From: Euprymna scolopes
Lineage: Eukaryota
Length of the DNA: 64,000 nt
Reading direction: 5' to 3' (one strand)
NCBI GenBank assembly: GCA_053919585.1
Contig: CM132798.1
Part shown: one piece after another, positions 12,961-24,900 of the stretch
Numbering within the stretch: position 1 is the stretch's first letter
Layout: the number at the start of each line of letters is the position of its first letter
Made by a program: the position numbers and the translations under genes
Notes under the pieces: generated by a model
The model's input: the letters and a program-made list of their open reading frames with translations, nothing else
Told to the model about the DNA's origin: nothing
Databases searched by the model: none

Positions 12961-13880
12961 ACATATCAACTTTCAATATCGGAGTGTAAAGACAAGGACC
13001 AAATGGCCTTTGTCTTTGACTTTCATGCAAGAGGAGAAAATGGTACGCCCTCCCCAATTAACAAGCCGGTACTGATGAAATAGGAAGATCAGGATGACCT
13101 TATTCCTTATCGGCGTGGAAATTAGTACCGTCCTTCCCGGTGGTCGGTCCTTTCTTACATCTGGTATTGTGAGTATCGGTGCAGTTACTGAACCGAAACT
13201 ACTTGCTGGACCTTGTTTCATGGTTCCGGGTTGAAGAGTGTTCAACCAGGAAAATATTTAAAAAACAATATTGGATACTTTTGTCCTATATATTTATCAG
13301 GTTCACAAATTTCTATCTGCAAAACAAACCGAGAATCTATAAATACCAAAACAGGAAATTCTGATTATATTTGCACCATTTGTGGTGACCATTTATGTGA
13401 AACTGTAACCGAGGAAACATAGACCCAATGCACAGAATACTAAACTGTCATGAAGAATACGTTGACAATGGTATGAATTAGGTCTTCATTTTTGAAAATG
13501 ACCTCCACACAAAATAAGTGTTTCTTCAATTGACAACTGCATAGAACTCAAGTCAATTATTTCCTGTGCTATATGCACTAATTCTATTTTTTTCTTTTTG
13601 TAAATGAAATTATTTCATAGTTTACTTTTAAATTTATGTTAATATTTTCAGAAAAATACATATTAATACGCTTTGATTTAACATCTCGAGTACAATGGCT
13701 GCAGCAGAGTTATTCTATTTCAGTTATTTATTTGTTTGTATAAACCTACCCAAAACTGTATCACCTGCTCCACCTTGTATATAAATCTGGCCAGTCTGTA
13801 TCAACCTGCCCTAGAATATTTTTTTTTTAAATTGATTGATGCCAGGAAAAATAGTCTGATACTATTTTAAAAGGGTTTAA
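12847..13880 (+). mobile_element. Deleted piggyBac-like element with Cys-rich C-terminal transposase remnant
   Basis: Ends are TTAA-TCCCTTT and AAAGGG-TTTAA, close to TTAA/CCC..GGG/TTAA. ORF 13213-13422 ends ICKTNRESINTKTGNSDYICTICGDHLC, resembling the piggyBac cysteine-rich domain. Confidence 0.45.
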
Positions 13881-14019
13881 CAATTAAATATATTGTTAAA
13901 TTTTATTTGAAACAAATATTGATTTTCTCCTTAAATCTTGTTAGGAGTAATGACAAATAAGTATTTCCTGTGTCAATTTGCCCCCGTCTCCTCTCCTTTT
14001 TTCACCTATCTCTATCTGT

Positions 14020-14094
<75 letters not shown>

Positions 14095-14099
14095 GTTAC

Positions 14100-14164
14100 G
14101 AGTCAACGTTGCTTAACTTCGGTGATCTGACGAGAACCGGTGTGTAAACGCGATTATGCCGTAA
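14100..14164 (-). pseudogene. 5S rRNA-derived fragment (5' half, including box A) inside a (TA)n array
   Basis: The reverse complement TTACGGCATAATCGCGTTTACACACCGGTTCTCGTCAGATCACCGAAGTTAAGCAACGTTGACTC matches the 5' ~65 nt of invertebrate 5S rRNA. Confidence 0.85.
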
Positions 14165-14170
14165 CATACA

Positions 14171-14240
<70 letters not shown>

Positions 14241-14506
14241 CAGAGGAACTCTTCAGGATATTAAAAGGAAAAATGCAGAAGAATAAAACGATCATAGACC
14301 ACTCGTAAATGAAAAGGAAACAGTGTAAGAATCCTATCCATATCGGGAAAGAAATTATGTGTGCGTATATTTTCCTTCTCGATATGGGTAGGATTCTAAC
14401 ATTGTTTCCTTTTCATTTACGTATGATCTATGATCGTTTTCTTATTCTGCATTTTTCCTTTTAATATGCTGAAGATATCCTCTGCAATACGGACGAAACC
14501 TTGATC
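14241..14506. repeat. ~120 bp-arm imperfect palindrome ending in a hammerhead-like motif (Penelope pLTR-like)
   Basis: 14241-14358 is the approximate reverse complement of 14367-14484. The right arm continues CTGAAGA-TATCC-TCTGCAATAC-GGAC-GAAAC-CTTG-ATC. Confidence 0.75.
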
Positions 14507-14718
14507 ATTTCATAAATTCATTCGNNNNNNNNNNNNNNNNNNNNNNNNNNNNNNNNNNNNNNNNNNNNNNNNNNNNNNNNNNNNNNNNNNNNNNNNNNNN
14601 NNNNNNNNNNNNNNNNNNNNNNNNNNNNNNNNNNNNNNNNNNNNNNNNNNNNNNNNNNNNNAGATCAGTCTCCCTTATGTTTTAGAGACTATACCAAAAT
14701 GACGACTACTTATATATT

Positions 14719-14750
14719 CTAGCATGGATACCCTGCGTTTTCCGAGTGGA
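14719..14750 (-). mobile_element. Degenerate Helitron 3' terminus
   Basis: CTAGCATGGATACCCTGCGTTTTCCGAG resembles CTAGCATGCTACCCGGCGTTTCCCAGGG at 32585 (hairpin plus CTAG on the minus strand). Confidence 0.5.
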
Positions 14751-16602
14751 GCTGAAGTTGGGTTATTTCACAACTGCTAACTCGAAAATAAAAGAACGGA
14801 TAACAACAGAAAAATGAAAACTAGTTAAAGCGAACTCAATCTAGAAAGATTTTTCGTTAGGGTGTGTTGCAAAGAAAAAAAAATGAAAATACTTTAGTTT
14901 TATAAAATTACATTTTTACAGCGAAATAACCGTTAACAACTGAGAAATGATAGAAAAAAGTCACTATATAAAGCTCAATTCACACATCGCTACCCAAATG
15001 TCAACCCTTTCTTTTTAAGTCACTCATAAAAAGATGAAATAATGAAATTGTTTTTTTAAATTACAAACCACCGTTGTTTGAAACAGACCACCGGTTCGGC
15101 GTGTTTCAACGAAAAAAAATGTAAATAATTCAGTAAAAAAAAACCCAAAAAACTAGAATATTTTTTAGTGAAATACTGTTATAAAAATGATTATTCCCAC
15201 AAAGAACTCACATTACGAAACCCTTGAAATAGGACAAGTGTTGTGGCAAAAAAAATAATTCTGATAAAATGTTACAACTTTCTTTTAAAAACTGTAATTA
15301 AAAAATCGAAAAAAGAAACAAAGTACTATTCAAAATTACAAAACAACGATGTTTAAATACATATACTCGAACATGAGAACTACCACTTGCGATGCAACCT
15401 CCTAATACACTGCCCCACAACGCTGAGAGGAAATACCTCTGGAAATTTTGTTATTTAAATGAATGAAAAAAAAAACGCTTGACTTCGCATGATCAGTTTT
15501 CGAAGTCGTTTAGAAATGGAAGATTATTCCGAACCTCCCTTGCTTTAAACGTGTATTTCTTTACGGAATTATTGACGGTTATTTTTTTCGACTCAATGCT
15601 AAACGCTGAGCTTTTATATTTACACACTCACTATATAAAGTCCAACTCGAACATCGCCACTAACACAAATAATATAAACAATATTGAAAAAAGTAAATCT
15701 TGTATTCTCCTAATAAAATAATATAAACTTCATTTCAAATAAATTAGAATTTGATGTAAAAATAATGATACTAACTGTATAAAGAAACAACTGATGATTT
15801 ACTCAATGCAATATGAAGTGTCGAGGGCAATCCTTCTCTATGTTGCAATTAAATATAAATGGACCTGATTGTCAGTAATTTAGTTTCGCATAGACAGCCA
15901 GAAATATGAATTACGGTTTATATTTTGGAAGTGTAACGCAAAGACAATACAATTAATGTATTATTAACACACAGTAACTTCTTGGTATTACAACCTTTAA
16001 AATTCTTCTTTTGTTCAAACCGTGTATAGAAAGGATGTTCCTCTTTTCTCATTAACAATTATACATTAATATCGGAACATATTCTTTCAAGAAACATCCG
16101 GCGATTTCGGTGCATAAAACAAACACCCGGCACATAAACTTTTATATTGCTTGATAATGTCTGATTACAGTTTTTCTATCGAATTTTATCATTCTTTTTA
16201 ATTGTTTTTATGTTAAGCTTTTTCTCTTACCGGTTTTTTTTTCTCACCGGTTTCATCAAATTTTCGTATTTTCGCACGTGCCGACTTATTTTTACAAACA
16301 GTAACTTACCTGATGAAAATATTTTGTTGTTTCTACTTTTTCCTTCGTTTTCAACATTTGAAAATAGTTATATATCTTAGCTTTTTCGGAAATGCTTCTT
16401 TGATCAATACGTTACAGGTAAATCATTCGTTTGATAATTTCGCCTGTGTTTAATTATTTTTGTTTTTTTGTCTCACATTGTATTTCTTTTGTATAGTATA
16501 GCGTGTAATTTCTAATGAAACACACACGCAAGATCTTACTTCATAAAGATATACCAGTCATCATAAATATGTATATATATATATATAAATATGTATATAT
16601 AC

Positions 16603-16648
<46 letters not shown>

Positions 16649-16684
16649 GTCAATGTTATTAACAAAATCGCACACACTAACGCA

Positions 16685-16738
<54 letters not shown>

Positions 16739-17182
16739 TTACAAGATTTATACTTTTTAGACGCTACTTCGGTGTTGAAACTACATAATAGTGAGGAATT
16801 TAGAATAAGTTTTTCAATCGGAACTCCTGTGCCACAGTGGTAAGATTACTTGGAAAATCAATTTTAAAAAGTGAAATGTTTCGGAAGATTTATGTATCAA
16901 TTCTCAGTGAAGGCGAACGAAAATTCACTTGCGAATTACTTAGGATCTCTATGAATGAGATCAAATGTTACATCTACCGAATCGTGTGAAATGACACTTT
17001 CGATGAAACAATAGTGAATATGAATATAAATAGTATAGAAAAATTAAGTAGATTTAATCTCAATAATATTAATGGAAAGCATCTTACATAATTTGGGGAC
17101 CTGACATCCTGAAGAAACCTTGAAATACGAATATATTTTTGAAACTGAAACCCTTAGATTTTAAAATAAACGTATGAATATC

Positions 17183-17307
17183 TGCCATACTTTGGGGTAA
17201 TTACTCCAGCTAAAAAATGCTTTTCCTATGCGTGGTTAACAAAAGTGTACGTTTAGCTAGTTGGGGCAATTACCCCGGACTGAGCGCAATTACTCCAAAG
17301 TACGGTA
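17183..17307. mobile_element. ~125 bp MITE (Tc1/pogo-like TIRs)
   Basis: The left end TGCCATACTTTGGGGTAATTAC matches the reverse complement of the right end TACCGTACTTTGGAGTAATTGC. There is an internal GGGGCAATTACCCC subrepeat. Confidence 0.7.
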
Positions 17308-19586
17308 CATTTTTCTTCTGTATTTTTCTGAATGCGCCTGATTTTTAATATAAACCAGTGAAGTAGCACTGTTATACGGTAGCAAAGCGAATCTATCACC
17401 TTCGTCATCTCTTGAACCAACGACGACTGTTAGAGAAAGAATAAAAAAGAGCAAATGAAGCCTACAGTTACAAAGGAGAAGAAAAAAAGAATCTGATATT
17501 GCAGCACTCGTTGTAACTTTGCATCATCTTCTGCCCTTTTGTCGTCGCGGGAATCGTTGAGTACAAACTGTTATTCATTGTTTCTATTAATTTAAACCAC
17601 AACACGAGAAAAGATATTTAGCAAAAACGATGGAAAATAGTAAAAAATAACGGAATCGTCAAAAATAAATCCAACAATATTTAATAAAAATCAACAAAAA
17701 TAGAAAACAAAATATGAATTGCAAAGAACGAAAATTGAATCAGGAAACAAAATATTAAGCAAATAAAAACCAAACAAAATGACACCCTATGGCTAGAAGG
17801 AACTGACGGTTGCACGCGCGAGATTTCGCGAATTCTAACGAGATTATAGGAGAAGTGTTGAAGTGAAGTTTCCATTTTGATGAGCCGCTTCGGAAGGACA
17901 ATTGGCTAGAAGCGTTCAGATTCACACAGAACGATCGATCCGTTTTGTTTCCTCATTGTACTGTTTGTAGCATTCCTTGTTTAAATTTAGTCTTCGTATA
18001 GGCGCTTGTTTATTATTTTTTTCCTTTCAATGCGACCACGCATACCGGAAAAAAAGAGTTGTCGGCCTGTTCGTTGGTTTATCACATTTTATATTGAAAT
18101 ACCATTTTTATCGCATCTCGCACAATTAGAAACGAAAAATACGTATGAGCAACTTCAGAAGTAATTTTGCGTGTTGGTTAAAATGTCACCTGCCTATTTG
18201 AAGTATCATTTTTTTTCGCAAATACTTTTTTTATTTCTATGTTATTTTTTTTAATTCATCGCCAGGGGACAAATATTTGAGATTGAATATTTACGTATTG
18301 CTTTATTATCTTCCAACACCTGTGCCAGAGCTTGTTACTGGCTTCGTCCGTCAGGCTAACATTTGTAATATTATTTTGTTTATGTATTATTCTTATAACT
18401 ATCAAATATAACTTGTAGATGTATGTACACATATAGACATGGTCGTCTTTTAGATGGGTTTTCTTATGAAAATCGTGTAATCCACATCGTTTCCGTTATT
18501 CTATTTTGTGTAAATAAACCTTAATCAACACATTTCAATTTTGAAGCGCGATCTGTTATTCTTTTTTACTCCTGTTAAATAATAATGGGCTACATTAGTA
18601 CTAGTATTGTCGGTTGGAGATGCTACTTGGTTATTATACTCATCAGGTCAAAATTGTTACGATTCTAAATGTGTGGATATCTCAAAACAGAGTCTATTAA
18701 CACAACTGAATACTATCCATTTAATTTCAATGGCCTATCAACGACTAAATACTGCCCATGTCAATAGATTTATATGCCACCTATCGTTGATTATTTTGTA
18801 CTAAATATTCACATTTGCTTGACATTAAACGAAAGAGGATGTTTAAAAAAACAGCTTTAAACCTACTTGTATCCGTATTTAATACGGTTGATTGCACAAA
18901 TGATTTGTGAATTTTATCAATCAAGCATGGGTGACATGCGTAAGAATACTTCCGTGAGAATACTTTAGTATACTGCCATACTTATGTCGGTGAATGCTTT
19001 TTCATGGCTGTTGGTGCAAATTAAATTGAACAGTATGGGAAATATTCCTGTTATTTTTTACTATCGGTTACGGCTTAAAAGTGCCCGGGGGCCATTTATA
19101 GAGAAAGTGTAAAAATAATGTTACTTAGATCGCAGGTGGGTTAGGATGTAAACCGATTTGGAAAATGGGCAAACTACATGACTATTCCGTACAAGAAAAG
19201 ACGACTACTTTGCAGTCGTATTGCAAACGATTTAGCGAGGTTTTGTTCCAAATATGGGTTGTTCTATAATATTCAAAGTGTGTCGGTTGATTTTTGGTGA
19301 CAAGGAAGGAAAATGAGGATGTTTTTGTTATTGTTAGAAACAACAATTAGCTGTGAATGTAATACAAAATATAGTAAGCATACAGTAAATAAGCAATTAT
19401 TTAAGCCATTACGGTTTATCTAACTTTAATGTGATGCATTTTGGACTTGCGAACTCTTCCGGATTCTTCTAGAAATTAATGTTCATAGTTCTACAGGCAC
19501 AAGAAAAAATTGAGTTACCATTTTCTACTTAAAAAATAATATTCTTCAATACGAAGAAAAACAATTTAAAACACATATATATGATA

Positions 19587-20003
19587 CTAGCATGGGCGTC
19601 TGGCGTTTCCCAGATGTTTGGATGTCTATGTTGAGCGAAATAAAAAAGTGGTAGTAGGAAGGCAGGATCGAACCCGTACCGCAAAGGAGGAAAAGAACGG
19701 GGTAAAACCTAACGTTTATGCTGTTAAGACCACCGCCAACCCGAAAAAAATTATTAATTAAAAATTAAGGCTAGACAAGGAGAGGATGACTTTCAAAAAT
19801 ATCGGCGAAAAAAGTGATCCCCCTAAAGAAAAGTGCCTAGTTGAAGAGGAAGATATTAGTGTTTGTAGCCAATTTTTCGATATTTGTCGTATGAAAGGTC
19901 GAACTTTAAAACGATACTGACCTTGGTAAAATCCGTCGCCTCTATTGAAGCTTTAAGGCAGACATGAAAACAGACATACATACATACATTTATATATTGT
20001 TAG
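19587..20003 (-). mobile_element. Non-autonomous Helitron containing a tRNA-like segment
   Basis: The left end has CTAG plus the hairpin CTGG-CGTTTC-CCAG. The right end AATCCGTC...ACAGACATACATACATACATTTATATATT resembles the 5' end at 47730-47816. An internal minus-strand B-box GGGTTCGATCC lies near 19664-19675. Confidence 0.55.
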
Positions 20004-20489
20004 CTAACAATTTTCAGCCCAAACTGATGAAACTGCTTGCCCTATCTCTGAATACACGTTATGTAAAATTACAAATATTTAGACCAGAAATTGTCTGAGT
20101 AATTTGAAAGAGACCGCAGAGGTTAATTTTTTTTTAAATTTAATCCCTATTATGACCTCTTAAAATGTATTGTTTTGGGCTCAAATCAATTCATTAAGTT
20201 AGATCCATGTCCAAGGAACCTATATCTAAAATTTCAAGTGCGTAGACGCAAAATTGTCGGAGGAGTTTGGAAGAGTTCTCAAATGTCAAATCGTTGACGT
20301 TTGACACTGTAATCTCCAAATTTCTAACCAAAACCGATCATCTCCATTTTCTCAAATCTCAGTATCCTGCATATCAAATTCCGAGTATGTACACTAAAAA
20401 TTGACAGAGTTATTGTGTAGGGAAATGTACACAGACACACAGACACACAGATACACATACACGTTCACTCTTATAGATATATACATTAG

Positions 20490-20940
20490 TGGGTTCCCGT
20501 ATGCCAAACACTCAGGTTAAACACCGCAACGAATGAGTTCTTAAGAAAAAAATAAAGTATCTGGGATTCGAGGTATACCAAGTGAACTCTATAAAATCGA
20601 TTTCCACCCACACCACTTTGATAGAAGAAAGAGTTTCCTGGGTATGACTTCATACGAACAACGATTTATAAATAAATCTGATATCGCCTAGCTGCTAGTT
20701 AGCTTGACGAGGTAACATTCAATAGGATAACGCATGAAAGTCTTCCCTGGACAGCTTAAAAAGGAAGCTCGCATGTATACAGATGCCTTCAGTTGAGACA
20801 TTTTTGTCCAGAGGGATGAGAAAGCGGTAGAAAAGCCGATCCGATGTATTGTTTATCTCACAAGCTAAGTAACACCCATACAAGATGGTGAACGATATAA
20901 AATAAAAGAATTTTCGATACGCTGTGCCCTACATAAATTA
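20490..20940 (+). mobile_element. Degenerate Ty3/Gypsy pol (RT thumb - RNase H) fragment
   Basis: Across frameshifts: KIKYLGFEV, VNSIKSISTHTTLIEE-SFLGMTSYEQRFI, MYTDA, VQRDEKAVEKPI, LSHKLSNTHTRW and FSIRCALHKL. These are colinear with Gypsy KYLG, VRSFIGMCSYYRRFI, LYTDAS, EKPIYFLSHKLS..Q.RWSTIEKE. Confidence 0.7.
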
Positions 20941-21858
20941 AAGCAAAGAATAAAAATAGACCAAGAAATAAAATAAAATAAAACAAATAAATAAAAGCAT
21001 TACCCCCCCCCAAACATACACACACAACGTCTACCATATCTTTATGTAGCTAGAATGAAAGTCTGCCAGCTTCCCACTTTCGATATGACCTTCAGAGGAG
21101 TAGATTGCTGTTTCCAGACTCTTAATCTAAGGTTAAAAATGTTTCTATCTAACTTTTGAACCTAATTGGTGCTAATTAACGCTTACTGTTTTCTTATTAC
21201 AGCTTTGACTTGAAAACTCGTAACTAAATTTTACCTATCTTGTCTTGTATTTTTTTCTTTGTTCTGAAATCTTTGTCAAATATGCTATTAACCAAAATTG
21301 TCTTGTTACATGTAGAACGGAAAGAAAAAAATGTCACCTATCAAAACAAGAACCTCCCAATACCTCCTTGGATACCTATCTAAACTCATATGTAAATTAG
21401 TAGTATACCGACTTCACAACTTTGATAAAAAGTTCATTAATGGATTTTAATTATAAGGTGAAGCTCGAATGATTTCAACCCGGTAGATAAAACAAAGAAT
21501 AAAAATAGACAAAGAAATAAAATAAAATAAAAAATAAATAAATAAAAGCATTACCCACCCAACATACATACACAACGTTCACCATATCTTTATGTAGCTA
21601 GTATAACAGTCTGCCAGTTTCCCACTTTCGCTATGACGTTAAGAAGAGTAGGTCGCTGTTTCCAAACTCTTAAGCAAAGGTTTAAAATGTTTCTATCTAA
21701 CTTTTGAACTTAATTGGTGCTAATTACCGCTGTTTTGAATAACTATCTAAACTCCAATGTAAATTACAATTAAGCCAACGTCATAACTTGATAAAAGTTC
21801 ATTATTGGAGTTTGATTATAAGGTAAAGGCCGAATGATTCAAACTCGATATAGATAAC
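20941..21858 (+). repeat. Diverged tandem duplication (~550 bp unit; second unit internally deleted) upstream of a full-length LINE
   Basis: CAAAGAATAAAAATAGAC...AAAAGCATTACCC...CCATATCTTTATGTAGCTAG...TAATTGGTGCTAATT occurs at ~20945 and ~21493. CTATCTAAACTC...GAATGATT occurs at ~21376 and ~21743. Confidence 0.85.
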
Positions 21859-21974
21859 GCCAAAAACATCCACCCGTTAATATGGATGGGGAGATTTTCT
21901 TCAAAACCGTCCTGAATTGATAATTGAACACCGGACTTATACTAAGCAGATATTAAACAGCCACTTGTACCCAT

Positions 21975-24900
21975 TCCCCCTATTTTTTAATGGAGAGTAG
22001 ATAATACAGTGGATGTGTTATCGGCAGCTCCAGTAAGTCTCGCTTCCCCTTTTTTGTCCCTCAATCCTCATTCAAATGAGTGATTTTTCTGAAAAAGGGT
22101 GAAGAAAAAGCTGCTTTAAAGTTCGGTAGTGCTTTGTGAACAGTAGTCTGAGAAGTTGGATTTTTTCTGTCTCTACGTCTATCCTTGTAGTCATATCACA
22201 AGTAAGGGTGATGGAGGTAAACGTTTCGTCTGGGCTGATGTTACCCGCCTGATAGTCAGGGACCCGAACCTTGGATTAACCACTAAGGAGGCTGTCCTAT
22301 CAGCAGGTGCAAAATAATGGGATTGCTGTATTGTCATTTAGTGAATGGATTCTGGGCCATGCAGTAGTCTCTGGTGGGGCCTCTCGGTGCCATACTAGTG
22401 GGTAATTGTTACGGCTTTACTTTTCATGCACTACAAAAAATAATTTCCTGTCTTTTTCTCTCTTACTTTCCCTTTCCTGCTCTAACCAATTATACCGACC
22501 TGTTCCACAAATCCGAAAACCTCAACATGAAACATCGCCAGAAAAAAAACTCGAATAAGCCTAGAACCCCATTTTCCACAGTAGACCCCTATTACCATGT
22601 CTCTTCTCCAACATCAAGGTTCTGCGTTCCAACCTTCCAGAGGTTGAAACTCAATTACAGAAGACGAAACCGGGTATATTCTTTCTAAGCAAAACTGGAA
22701 TAGAGCCGAACACTTCCCTAGAGGAGTTCATAATTAACGGATACTCTAACTTAACATCAATATCTGACCCCAAGATCGCCATGGGCATGGAATATGTGCC
22801 TACATTAAAGATGACTTCCCATGTGGCAGGGATATCTCTAGAGAAGATACTGATTTACTTTATATGTGCTTCCGGGTTGCACTTGCTTACACCACTGCAT
22901 TTATATTTGCCCTTATCGGCCCCTCAACAGCAGAGTTACTATCTTTAAGAACCCGTCTGAGAAAATAGACCACATCGTGTCTGCACATCCCTCGGTTAAC
23001 ATCCACATCTGTCGTGACTTCAACGTCCATAAGGTGGAAGGGCTGACCCACTCAAATAAGACGGACAATTAGGGGAAGTTCTGTCATAAGTTTGCCATTG
23101 CATATGACCTTACTCAGATTGTTCGCGAGCCCACCCGTATACCCGATACTACAGGTCAATATGCAAGCCTCCTATACCTTTTTCTCTCAACATCCCTTTA
23201 ACTATGTTTATGCTCCGTTATTTCTCCTCTAGGATCCTCCGACCACTCCGTCGTATGAGTTAAGATAAAAATGAAATGTAATCAGTCCCCAGACGTACCC
23301 CTCCATCGCACTGTATACCGATACTCCATGGCTGACTGGGATAGCGTTCGTACATTTACACCTGATCTACCTCTGCATTCCATGTTTAAAAAAGAAGTGT
23401 CCTCTATAGTATCAGATCTCACCGAGTGGTTAATAGTAGGCATATACCGATTCATACCATCTAAAAAATTCCGACAAAAACCTACTAGACAGCCATGGTT
23501 CTCCCCAGAATGTTCTGCTGCCATCGCGCACAGAAATCACCTTTTTCCATAGCTACCAACGTAATAGATGCACTGAGACTAAAGATGTTTTCAATAAGCC
23601 AGCAACCAATGTAAAAGAGTAATAAAAAAAGTCAAGAGAAATATATGCTCAGTCTGTTAAATCAAAAGTAGCTGATCAGCAGCTTGGTTCCCACCAGTTT
23701 TGGCAAATAAAAAATAGGATCCTTAACAGAAGTGTGCGTACTATCCCAACCATAATCAATGGGCCAGAGGTCATCTTCAGACAAGGTAAAACTATTTACA
23801 AAGAACTTAGCAGCTAATTCTACCTATGTGACAAGGCCATCAACTCCCCATATTTCCCCATATACCACAGAACACGCTAGGTAGCATACAAATATATGTG
23901 CATGAGGTCGCCAACTAATCCAAAACCTTGATTCGAATAAAGCAACTGGCCCTGACGGTATCCCAATTATAGTGTTAATAAAGCTCCAACCAGAACTTGC
24001 TCCCATACTTGCGAAATTGTATAAGCGTTGCCTTAAGGAGAAGTGCTTTCCAACACCTTTGGAAACCTCATCAGTATGCCCTGTATTTAAGAATTCAGGT
24101 GATAAGTCATCTCCCTCTCAGTACAGACCAATAGGTCTCCTGTGTGTCACGATTAAGTTGTTGGAATCCATATTAAATAGAGAAATAGTAAACCACCTCA
24201 GCAGAAATAACCTTCCTGGTGACACGCAATATGGTTTCCGTTCTGCAAGATCTACCGCAGATGTGCTAACGGTTACATCCCATAGAATTAGAGAATCTCT
24301 TGACAAAGGCTTAATTTCTAGTGCAATTACTCTTGACATATCAAAGGCCTTCGGCAAGGTATGGCATAAGGGCCTACTTCACAAGATTTCCAGCTACGGT
24401 ATAACTGTAAATATTCTCTCTATCATTAAATCACTTCTCTCTGATAGGCTTATAAGAGTAGTGGTTGATGGACAAACATCAGAGGCACACAGTATTAATA
24501 ATAAAGGTCTATCCTGGGCCTAACTCACTTACTGATCTGCATTAATTATCTCCCTAAACACATACTTAAATCATTCGTTGACATCTATGCTGATGACACG
24601 ACCATCTACGGCAACACATCAAAGGATGTAAATTACAAAGCTCTCTCTGATTCTCTCTCCTCTGATCTCGAGCGCGTGGTTCAGTGGGGGGAGACGTGGC
24701 TGGTTACCTTTGATGCATCTAAAACCAAACTCCTATATTTACATCATCAACGCTCTGATCCCCATCTGGCATCAATTGAAATGGATGGCTCTCGTCTAGG
24801 AGAAGCCCCATGTTTTGACAAGCTTCTGGGTTTGACCTTTACTCCTGATCTGAAATGGAACACGTACATCGCCTGTTGCCAAGGTCGCTGGAAAGATGGT

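Noticed and set aside
22218-22262. Minus-strand CTGACTA...CGAAACGTTT in the LINE leader as a hammerhead
   Set aside because: The core is not CUGANGA in either copy, and the second copy lacks CGAAA.
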